The notes under the pieces are model-generated. The model made no database searches. It was given only the letters and a program-made list of their open reading frames with translations, and had not been told where the DNA came from. Below, one piece after another: positions 30,928 through 40,500 of a stretch of DNA of 64,000 nucleotides. The translations under genes were made by a program, and so were the position numbers. Location: positions 5,901 through 69,900 of the forward strand of contig JAFGCO010000063.1 in the NCBI GenBank assembly GCA_016932575.1, read 5' to 3'. Each line of letters opens with the position of its first letter. Positions within the stretch are counted from its first letter, which is position 1. Source of the stretch: a bacterium (GTDB taxonomy: Bacteria; Zhuqueibacterota; QNDG01; JAFGCO01).

Positions 30928-31851
30928 TTGCTCATTATCGGACTCGGTTTACTGATACTGGGAGCTGAGGCACTTGTGCGCGGCAGTTCAGCCCTGGCCC
31001 TTCATCTTGGCATGCGGCCTTTGCTGATCGGCATGACCGTGGTGGCCTTTGGGACCAGCATGCCAGAGATGGTCGTGAGTGTGCAAGCTGTATTCTCCGG
31101 ACAGGCAGGGATCGCGCTCGGCAATGTCATTGGCTCGAATATTTGCAATCTGGGATTGATCCTGGGATTGTCTGCTGTCATTCGTCCGCTTGCAGTTCAA
31201 TCTCAAACGATACGGCTGGATGTACCCGTGATGATTGTTAGTGCGATTATTTTGATTCTTTTTCTTTTTTCCTCGGGATTATCACGACTGGAAGGGATTG
31301 TTCAACTTGCATTCATGGGACTGTTTCTCGGATATTCGATTGTAAATGCAGGCAAGGATTGTATTCATATCCATTCTGCAGATCTGGGTGTGGGTGATAT
31401 CCGGCACTGGTCGTTCATCAGGATCATTTCATATATTCTCTGCGGTCTTGTCGGACTCATTCCGGGTGCACATTTATTGATTCGCGGTGCTGTCGGACTG
31501 GCTAGATCGTGGGGTGTTTCGGAAACTGTCATCGGATTGACGCTTGTGGCTGTGGGGACAAGTCTGCCGGAACTGGCGACTTCACTGCTGGCTGCATTTC
31601 GAAGAGAATCGGATATTGCGGTAGGTAATGTGATCGGATCCAATATTTTTAATACACTGGCAATACTTGGTGTGGCCTCAATCATTAAGCCGTTTCCAGA
31701 TTTGAATATATCATGGTCAAGTCTTGGAAGTATGCTGATACTTTCATTGTTATGCTTGCCTTTTTTTAAATCGGGATTTAGGTTAAGCCGTATCGAAGGA
31801 TTTATTTTAATTATCATTTACGGATTATATTCATTTATCATGTTTTATTGA
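30928..31851 (+). CDS. Calcium/sodium antiporter (YrbG-like, CaCA family)
   Basis: Two alpha repeats: GTSMPE...GNVIGSNI and GTSLPE...GNVIGSNI. Confidence 0.92.
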   Translation: MLIIGLGLLILGAEALVRGSSALALHLGMRPLLIGMTVVAFGTSMPEMVVSVQAVFSGQAGIALGNVIGSNICNLGLILGLSAVIRPLAVQSQTIRLDVPVMIVSAIILILFLFSSGLSRLEGIVQLAFMGLFLGYSIVNAGKDCIHIHSADLGVGDIRHWSFIRIISYILCGLVGLIPGAHLLIRGAVGLARSWGVSETVIGLTLVAVGTSLPELATSLLAAFRRESDIAVGNVIGSNIFNTLAILGVASIIKPFPDLNISWSSLGSMLILSLLCLPFFKSGFRLSRIEGFILIIIYGLYSFIMFY

Positions 31852-32207
31852 ATTTTTATACAAAAAAATATAACAGTATTATAATTTTTATTGCATAAAA
31901 TTCATTTGATTTATTATATTTATATAATTACATTTTTTCTTGTTTTTTACCTATACCCTACAGCCTAATATTCAGCGACCGACAGGGAGAACAGCAGAGG
32001 CTTATATCGGGATACCATGTGTGTCATTAGGTTATCTTATCAAGATAAAAATGTACTACCATCACCTTTTACCTGAAATTCCTTTTTATCTGCTGTTTTA
32101 ACATTTTTCCATATTTAGAATCAGGAAAACGCATAATTCGTTTTCAATGTGTTCTCCAGCCTTAGGGGAAGTGTTGTCGAATTTTGCATCAAGGATGGAA
32201 GAACCGA

Positions 32208-32888
32208 ATGATAGCGAATATATTGAATAACGTGCAGGATCAATACCCGAGACTGGCATTTGCCGAACAAGCGATTCATTCAGTAAAGGGAACCCTGTTT
32301 CCCCAGGAACAAGTTTTTATTCAAAATGCGGTTTTTAAAAGGCAGAGCGAATTTATTGCGGGGAGGATTCTTGCACGACAGGCAATGAAGCAATTGGGAT
32401 ATCCGGAATTTTCTCTGCCTGCAGACACTCAGCGTTGTCCGGTCTGGCCCGAGGATATTGTCGGTTCTATTTCACATACAGATCATTATTGCGGCGCCGT
32501 TGTCGGGGCCTCTTCACACTATCGAAGTATTGGTTTGGATATTGAACAGATCTCCAGGATAAATAAAGCGCTTTGGCCGGTCTTCTGCACCCGGAATGAA
32601 TTGAACAATTTATCCAAACTGCCAGTATTAAAACAACAAAAGCATGCTGCCCTTGTGTTCAGTGCCAAAGAAAGTTTTTATAAATGCCACTTTTATCTCC
32701 ACCGCGTTTTTTTTGTTTTTCAAGATATTGAAATTGCCTGGAATTGGAAGCGTTCACGATTTTATGTTTCTGTTCTCAATAAGGCTGTTCCTTTATTGCC
32801 TTTTAGTTGTCCGGTTGGATTTTTTACCCTGGCTCGGGATGAAGTATTTACTTTGACGATTCAAAAAACAAATATGACGACCTGTTAA
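32208..32888 (+). CDS. 4'-phosphopantetheinyl transferase (EntD/Sfp type)
   Basis: RQSEFIAGR, PVWP...GSISHT, IGLDIE, FSAKESFYK. Confidence 0.9.
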   Translation: MIANILNNVQDQYPRLAFAEQAIHSVKGTLFPQEQVFIQNAVFKRQSEFIAGRILARQAMKQLGYPEFSLPADTQRCPVWPEDIVGSISHTDHYCGAVVGASSHYRSIGLDIEQISRINKALWPVFCTRNELNNLSKLPVLKQQKHAALVFSAKESFYKCHFYLHRVFFVFQDIEIAWNWKRSRFYVSVLNKAVPLLPFSCPVGFFTLARDEVFTLTIQKTNMTTC

Positions 32889-32911
32889 TATCATTGGAGA
32901 AATAGAGTATA

Positions 32912-35900
32912 ATGAATTCTCAGTTAAAAATGTATCCGCTCACTCATGCGCAAAAACGCATTTGGTACGCTGAAAAAAAATATTCGGATTCGAATTTATG
33001 GAATATCATTTTTACACATGATTTTTTGGGTGCGGTTGATGTGGATTTAATGAGAAGGGCCATTATGACCTGTATCCGATCGAACGATGGCCTGCGTTTG
33101 CAGTTTAATGAAGCCAATGGAAATGTGCAGCAGTATGTCAGCGAGGTGGAACCGGAATGTATTGAAATATTTGAATTTGAGAATGAAGTCGAGAAGGATC
33201 TCTTTTTAAACAATCTTTCTGCCAAACCTTTCCATGTCATGGATTCGAATCTTTATTATTTTTGTATTTATAAAGTGAAGTTTCATATCGGTTTTTATAT
33301 GAAGCTGCATCATATTATCTGTGATGCCTGGACAGTTCGCCTCATTTGTGAACAAATCTGGGGCAATTATCAGCAATTTGTCACTGGTGAGTATCATACC
33401 GAATCCTATCCATCCTATATTGATTATTTGACCAGCGAAGCAAAATATTTACATTCACCGGTCATGGAAAAAAATCGCTGTTACTGGCTGGATCTGTTAA
33501 GAAATATGCCTGCCAGCCTCAAACTCAGTCGTCTAACCGTAAAAAAAGGAACTATCGATTCTCAGCGACTGAATTTTTACCTGTCTGAAGACATGACTGA
33601 TGCCATCCGTGATTTCTGTGCAGAACAGACTATGCAGCCTTTCCACTTTTTATTTTCAGCATTTCTTTGCTGTTTAAGTAAATGTTCCCTTCAGAAGGAG
33701 TTTGTGTTAGGGACTGTGGTACATAACAGAACCGGACGGAAAGAAAAAAAGACAGTGGGTATGTTTGTAAACACAGTACCCTTTCGTGCTTCGTTGAATG
33801 ATTTAAATTCATTTATTGACCTGGTTCAATCAGTCACAAAAAATATTAAAAGTCATTTGAGACATCAAAAATATCCTTTTGATTTATTATTGACGGATTT
33901 AAAAGACACCTACGGTTATTCCACAGACTGGATGGAAGTGGTGTTTTCTTATGACACCTTCACTCACCCTCTGCCCAATCAATGGCACGCGAATGACAAA
34001 GAAATTGTCCCTCTGGTGCTTCATGTGACAGAGCGGGAATCGAAGACCAAATTAAAGTTCGAATTTGATTTTCATACGGCGGTTTATTCTGAAAAGGAAG
34101 TATCCCGGATTTTCGAATTCATCAAAAATATTATCAGTGAAGTGATCAAAACACCTCAGATTCAATTGAGTGAAATTGAAATGATCAGCAAAGAAGAAAA
34201 GACATGCCTGCTGTCGCATTTTAATCATGAAACACGGCCTCTGGATGACTTTCAACCCATCCATCAGCTCATCTCGAAGCAGGTCAGATTAAATCCGGAT
34301 CAGAGAGCAATTGTCACTCACGATCAAGAGATCACATTCAGGGAATTGGATCAACGGGCGAATTGGATTGCAAACTCAATAAGGCAAAAGGGAATCGGTC
34401 CGGGAGATTGTGTGGGTTGCCTGTTCGATCGGTCTGTTGAATTGATTGTCACTTTACTGGGAATTATGAAGTCAGGAGCCGCATATGTGCCTATCGATCC
34501 CTCCTATCCTTCGGCACGCATTCTGCATATGATTAAAGCCAGCAGTATGACATGTCTTGTTACTGATGCAGGGCATCGCAATGCCATTGGATCCCGGGTT
34601 GAAATAATTGAATATCCCTCCGATCCCCAGTCGCAGATTCTTGCTTATTTTCAGGCGCATGAGCCGGATCCGCATGACTTATTATATGTTGTTTTTACGT
34701 CCGGCTCAACCGGAGAGCCCAAAGGCGTGATGGTCGAACACCTGGGATTTTTCAACCTTCTCAAAGTGCACCAGGAAACTTTCTGCACGGCTTCCAGCGA
34801 CCGGATGACTCAGGTTGCCAGTCCCGGATTCGATGCTATGGCATTTGAGATTTGGCCCTGTCTTTCAAGAGGAGCAACGTTGTATATTGTCCCGGATATC
34901 ATTCGAACGGATCCCTATTATTTAAAATCCTGGATGATTGATCACAAGATTACTTTCACTTATCAACCGACAGCTATCGCTGAGTTTTTAATTCATGAGG
35001 AGTGGCCCGACAAAACATATTTAAGATGCCTGACCACTGCAGGGGAGAGATTGAAGAAATATCCAAAATCCGAATTGCCATTTCGATTTTTCAATTTGTA
35101 CGGACCTACCGAGGATTCTGTTTGGACTTCGATTGCAGAAATTAAAACCGACAACAAACAATCTGAAAGATATCCTTCTATTGGAAATCCAATTATGAAT
35201 CATCAGATTTATATTACAGATCATGAATTACATTTACAACCCATTGGCATATCGGGCGAACTTTGTATTTCGGGCACCGGATTGGCTCGTGGATATATCA
35301 ACCGGTCCGAATTGACGGATGAACGTTTTATTTCCAATCCTTTCGAACCGGGAGCCCGTCTTTACAGGACGGGTGATTTGGCTTACAGGACATGGGATGG
35401 ATCCATTCAGTTTATCGGGCGGAAGGACAATCAGGTACAAATTCGCGGATTCCGTGTGGAATTGGGAGAAATTGAACATCATTTGCAGAATATGCCCGGT
35501 GTCCGCGATGCAGCCGTACTTGCAGATACAGATAAAAGAAAACAATCCCGGCTTTTGGCTTATCTTGTAGGAGATAATGCTTTGACCGAGCAGCACATCC
35601 GCCAGTATTTGCATCATCATTTGCCGGATTATATGATTCCAGCCTTCATTCGGCTGTTGGATGAACTGCCCAGAAACGAACATGGCAAATTGAATGTGCA
35701 AGCACTTCCGGCACCGGACAACAGACAAAAGAGCCGGCACATTGCTGCTCCGGAAAATAACATTCAACGTCACCTGGTATCCGCATTTAAAAAATATTTA
35801 GATGTCCCTGAGATCAGCATTCTGGATCATTATTTTGAATTGGGCGGGGATTCCATCAAAGCCATTCAAATCTCTTATGAAATGCAGAAACTGGGCTATG

Positions 35901-37402
35901 AAATGCATGTGGCTGACTTATATGAACATCCGACGATCGAGTCAATCAGCCGCAAGATCGTACACTTAAAGAAAACAATTCATAAGAAGCATAAGTATCA
36001 GGAAATTCCTCTGACTCCGATCCAATGCTGGTTTTTTCAACAGAATTTAAAAGATCAGCATCAATGGAATCAGACATTGACCCTTCGTTCAATCCGCCGT
36101 CTTCATCCCGAAATGGTACAAATCGTGATGATAGATCTGATTCGTCATCACCAGACACTGCAATATATTTATTATCAGGATCACAATAAATGGATTCAGG
36201 AATTATCCAAAGAAGGCCACCAGCTCTTTGATTATTTTTTTGAAGATCTCCGTTATACAGATGCTTATGTAGATCATATGCAGGTTCATGTCCATGAGTT
36301 ACAAAGAAGCATGAATATTAAAACAGGCCCTCTGGTAAAATTGGGACATTTTCGTACTTCAGACGGAGATTTGCTGGTTTTTATCATTCATCATCTTGCC
36401 GTGGATGGCATTTCATGGCGAATCCTTTTGGAGGATTTTATAGAAGGCTATGAGCATGAAATTCAAGGCTTGTATGATCAATATCGACTGCAGACATTGC
36501 CGTTCGCGGATTGGTCTCATCACTTAACGGATTACGCTAAAAATCCATTATTATTTAAGGAATTATCTTACTGGCAGGGCATCGGGTCGGCCCATTCGGC
36601 TGTGTTGAGTAAAGATCAAATTGTTGGATCCCGGCTGGCGAAAGATATGCTCACGAAAAAAATTATTCTATCAGAATCGGACACCGGGCAGCTTTTAAAA
36701 GAGGTTCATCGTGCCTTTCATACCAATGTCGAGGATATTTTACTGGCATGTCTTGGTTTATCTCTCTATAAATGGCAGGGAATTGAACAGATACGGTTGC
36801 ATTTGGAGGGTCACGGCAGGCACCCAACATTTACCGAACTCACAGTATCAAGAACCATTGGCTGGTTTACTTCCATATATCCGGTTCTACTATCAGTGAA
36901 AGAGCCGGATAATATCGCCTATCATATCAAATCCACAAAAGAAACACTTCGGCAGGTTCCAAATCATGGAATGGGTTACGGAATTCTGAATTATTTGACG
37001 CCATCTGACTTGAAACGCAACTGGCAAATAGTTAAAATACCAGAAATATGCTTTAATTATCTGGGTGAGCTGGATGCTTCTCTGAAGGACAATTCTCTTG
37101 ATTTATCTCTGGTGCTATTTGAGTTGTTCACAAGTCCCGAATCTGAAAAAAGGTACGCTTTGGAAGTCAACAGTATGGTGAGGAATGGTCAACTGGAGAT
37201 ATGGTTCGAATATCACAATCAGGAGTTCCGCGAAAAGAACATACAATATCTGACGGATATTTTTTATGACAACTTAATTCGAATGATTTGCTTTTGTCTG
37301 GATAAACACGAGACTGAGTGGACGCCCAGTGATTTTGGAGATGCCACACTGTCTATTGATGATCTTGATACAATCAATCAAATGATTGATTGTATTGAAT
37401 AG
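32912..37402 (+). CDS. NRPS module 1: C(starter)-A-T-E
   Basis: HHIICDA, FTSGSTGEPKG, YGPTE, LGGDSI, E-domain HHLAVDGISW and LEGHGR, COM donor TPSDF. Confidence 0.93.
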   Translation: MNSQLKMYPLTHAQKRIWYAEKKYSDSNLWNIIFTHDFLGAVDVDLMRRAIMTCIRSNDGLRLQFNEANGNVQQYVSEVEPECIEIFEFENEVEKDLFLNNLSAKPFHVMDSNLYYFCIYKVKFHIGFYMKLHHIICDAWTVRLICEQIWGNYQQFVTGEYHTESYPSYIDYLTSEAKYLHSPVMEKNRCYWLDLLRNMPASLKLSRLTVKKGTIDSQRLNFYLSEDMTDAIRDFCAEQTMQPFHFLFSAFLCCLSKCSLQKEFVLGTVVHNRTGRKEKKTVGMFVNTVPFRASLNDLNSFIDLVQSVTKNIKSHLRHQKYPFDLLLTDLKDTYGYSTDWMEVVFSYDTFTHPLPNQWHANDKEIVPLVLHVTERESKTKLKFEFDFHTAVYSEKEVSRIFEFIKNIISEVIKTPQIQLSEIEMISKEEKTCLLSHFNHETRPLDDFQPIHQLISKQVRLNPDQRAIVTHDQEITFRELDQRANWIANSIRQKGIGPGDCVGCLFDRSVELIVTLLGIMKSGAAYVPIDPSYPSARILHMIKASSMTCLVTDAGHRNAIGSRVEIIEYPSDPQSQILAYFQAHEPDPHDLLYVVFTSGSTGEPKGVMVEHLGFFNLLKVHQETFCTASSDRMTQVASPGFDAMAFEIWPCLSRGATLYIVPDIIRTDPYYLKSWMIDHKITFTYQPTAIAEFLIHEEWPDKTYLRCLTTAGERLKKYPKSELPFRFFNLYGPTEDSVWTSIAEIKTDNKQSERYPSIGNPIMNHQIYITDHELHLQPIGISGELCISGTGLARGYINRSELTDERFISNPFEPGARLYRTGDLAYRTWDGSIQFIGRKDNQVQIRGFRVELGEIEHHLQNMPGVRDAAVLADTDKRKQSRLLAYLVGDNALTEQHIRQYLHHHLPDYMIPAFIRLLDELPRNEHGKLNVQALPAPDNRQKSRHIAAPENNIQRHLVSAFKKYLDVPEISILDHYFELGGDSIKAIQISYEMQKLGYEMHVADLYEHPTIESISRKIVHLKKTIHKKHKYQEIPLTPIQCWFFQQNLKDQHQWNQTLTLRSIRRLHPEMVQIVMIDLIRHHQTLQYIYYQDHNKWIQELSKEGHQLFDYFFEDLRYTDAYVDHMQVHVHELQRSMNIKTGPLVKLGHFRTSDGDLLVFIIHHLAVDGISWRILLEDFIEGYEHEIQGLYDQYRLQTLPFADWSHHLTDYAKNPLLFKELSYWQGIGSAHSAVLSKDQIVGSRLAKDMLTKKIILSESDTGQLLKEVHRAFHTNVEDILLACLGLSLYKWQGIEQIRLHLEGHGRHPTFTELTVSRTIGWFTSIYPVLLSVKEPDNIAYHIKSTKETLRQVPNHGMGYGILNYLTPSDLKRNWQIVKIPEICFNYLGELDASLKDNSLDLSLVLFELFTSPESEKRYALEVNSMVRNGQLEIWFEYHNQEFREKNIQYLTDIFYDNLIRMICFCLDKHETEWTPSDFGDATLSIDDLDTINQMIDCIE

Positions 37403-37591
37403 AGAATGTTTGCACTTATATGATGCATCGTTTGGAAGACTAAAATCAAAGAAGTTAAATTCGGTCCTATCAATGATTGGCTTATCGGTTTATAAATGCA
37501 ACATTTTTATGCGGTCTTTTTTATTCGGAGAACTGATAATTTTCTGAGCTTTTTTGGTGATATCTGACAAATTATCTATATCAGGAATCAG

Positions 37592-40500
37592 ATGAACAAT
37601 TCAGCAAAAATACAGCATATATTGCCCTTGACGCCGATGCAGGAAGGTATCCTGTTTAATTATCTGCAATCGCCGAATTCTGAAGCTTATTTTGAGCAGA
37701 CGGCTTTTAATATTCATGGCGATATTGATATGGAAACTGTATTTCACAGCTTTGAAATATGGGTGAAACGGCATGATATTTTCAGGACGCTGTTTATATA
37801 CAGGGATGTGGAAAAACCAAAACAGATCGTGCTTCATCATCGGAAATGCACTGTATTTTTTAACGATCTTTCGTCGGAAGATGAAACAGGCATCGGCGCC
37901 CTCATCGAGGCCTATCAAAAACAGGACAGAAAGCGGGGTTTTGATTTAAGCCGCGATATGCCTATTCGTCTGGCTGTATTCAGAATCGGAAAAGAAATTT
38001 ACCGCTTCATTTTCAGTTTTCATCATATAATTTTGGATGGCTGGAGTTTCGGGCTTTTGATGAGTGAATTTTTTGAGATTTATCAACCGTTGCGTCAGAA
38101 TCAGAAAGTCCATTGTGAAAAGAATCATTCGTTCAGGCAGTATGTCTTGTGGCTGCAAAAACAGAACTTCAATCATGCCTATGCTTATTGGACCCGTTAT
38201 TTGAATGATTATGAGAATCCAGTGAAATTACCCGGCAGAATGACAACCAGGTATTCCTCTTCTTCATACGACAGGCAGGTGAAAGACATTGCATTTACAA
38301 GGGCTGTTTGTCAATCGATTCAAGAGCTGACAAGAACAAACCAGATTACCCTGAATACCTTCATTCAGGCCATCTGGGGAATTCTTCTGCAGCGATATAA
38401 TAATACAGACGATGTGGTTTTTGGTACGGTCGTGTCGGGCCGGCATGCCGAGATAGACAATATTGATCGTACTGTCGGGCTGCTGATCAATGCGGTTCCT
38501 GTTCGGGTTACAGCTTCACCGCAAATGACGGTTACCGACCTGTTTCAAGCTATACACACGCGATATGCCGCTTCCAGCCAATATGATTTTTGCAGCTTGT
38601 CAGAGATACAATCGCGGTCTGGTTTTTCAGGCGATTTGATCAATCATGTACTGGTTTTTGAAAACTACATGAAGGCAGATGTAGTGAAAGCATTCCTGGG
38701 TGATACACATGAATTTCCTTTTTATATCAGCGATGTGTCCTTATTCGAACAGACCAATTATGATTTTAATCTGCTTGTGATTCCTGGTGAGCGGTTGCAG
38801 ATTAAAATTATTTTTAATGCGAAGATTTTTTCTTCACAGACTATTGAACGCATCCTGGGACATTTCCGAAAGACGGTTCAGGAAGTGCTGAAGAATCCGA
38901 AAATCAAGATTCATATGCTGGATATTCTTCCTGATACAGAAAAGAAGCAATTGATGCAGAATTTTCAGGCAGAAACCGTAAACATGCCTCCTTTTAAACC
39001 GCTTCAATGCTGGTTTGAGGAGCAGGCAGAGAAATCGCCTGACAGAACGGCTGTTTGCGATGAATCAGGAGAAATCACCTACGGCGAGCTTAATACCCTC
39101 GCCAATCAATGGGCCTGGTATTTGAAAGAGCTGGGTATCGGTCCCGAGGTGATTGCCGGTGTTTTCATGGAGCGCTCCATTGATCTTATTGTCGGAATGC
39201 TGGCCGTTCTGAAAGCGGGCGGCGCTTATTTGCCTCTGGATATCAGTACACCCAAGGCGCGTGTAAAAAAGATCCTTCGGTCCAGCCGCATGAAGTGCAT
39301 GCTGACGCAAGCGTCGCATGTTGATAAGATATCTTCTGAGATTCCAATAGTGATTATTGATCATGTGAAAGATATTTCCGGGTATTCTGTTGAAAACCCT
39401 CCGGTTTCTGCTGAAGCCGGTCATCTGATGTATGTGATCTATACATCCGGCTCCACAGGCGAGCCCAAAGGGGTAATGGTCGAGCATGGCGGATTTCATA
39501 ATTTGCTTTGCAACCTTAATTATCTTTTTCATCTTTCTCCTGAGGATCGATGCTCGCAAGTTGCCAGTCCTTCATTTGACGCGATGGGATTTGAAATTTG
39601 GCCTTGTTTTACCAATGGCTCAGAACTATATTTTGTGCCAGGCCATATATGTAAAGATCCTATTCAAATATTTCAATGGATCAAAGACAATAATATAACA
39701 TTTTCATTTCAAGTCACAGCCATTTCTGAATTATTAATTTCAATGGATTGGCCTGATTCATCATGTCTGCGTATTTTATGCACAGGGGGTGATCGTTTGA
39801 AAAAATATCCTCCAAGAAATTTACCCTTTAAATTATATAATGTATATGGACCTACGGAAGATTCTGTTGTCACATCCTGTTGTGAAATTCATGCCTGTGA
39901 TTCTAAATTTTATACACCGCCCATTGGATATCCTTTAAATGATCATTTTATATATATATTGGATAATTTTAAAAGAATACAACCGATTGGCTGTGAAGGT
40001 GAGTTGTTTATAGGCGGCGCTGGATTGGCGAGAGGATATATTAATGATGAAAAGCTGACAAAGCAGAAATTTATTCAGATCCCCATTTTTAAAAATGGAC
40101 GATTATATAAAACAGGGGATATTGTCAGCTGGCTTGAAAATGGTGCCCTTGAATATATTGGAAGAAAAGATTTTCAGGTGAAGATAGGCGGCCATCGTAT
40201 TGAATTGGGAGAAATTGAATCACTTCTTATGAACATGCCCGGAATCCAAGATTGTGTTGCACATGTTATGCAAAATGATTCAGGCATTGTTTCTCTTGGC
40301 GCCTATTACAGCGCAGATCGGATTTATGAATACAAAGATCTAAAATCATATTTACAAAAAGAACTTCCTATTTATATGGTTCCTGATTATTTTTTTCAAC
40401 TTGAGCAATTGCCTTATAACACGAATGGGAAAATCGACCGGAAAATGCTGCCTAAACCCCGGAGATTATCCTCCGGTCCTAAGAATCGGCAAGGACCCCG

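Noticed and set aside
32032-32048. SAM-I riboswitch (cttatcaaga)
   Set aside because: The downstream GAGGGA...GCAACC core is absent; it is only a short palindrome.
32912-37402. Colibactin/xenocoumacin-type N-acyl-D-Asn prodrug module
   Set aside because: The hand-derived A code is not Asn-like, and no PKS or ClbP-type peptidase is present.
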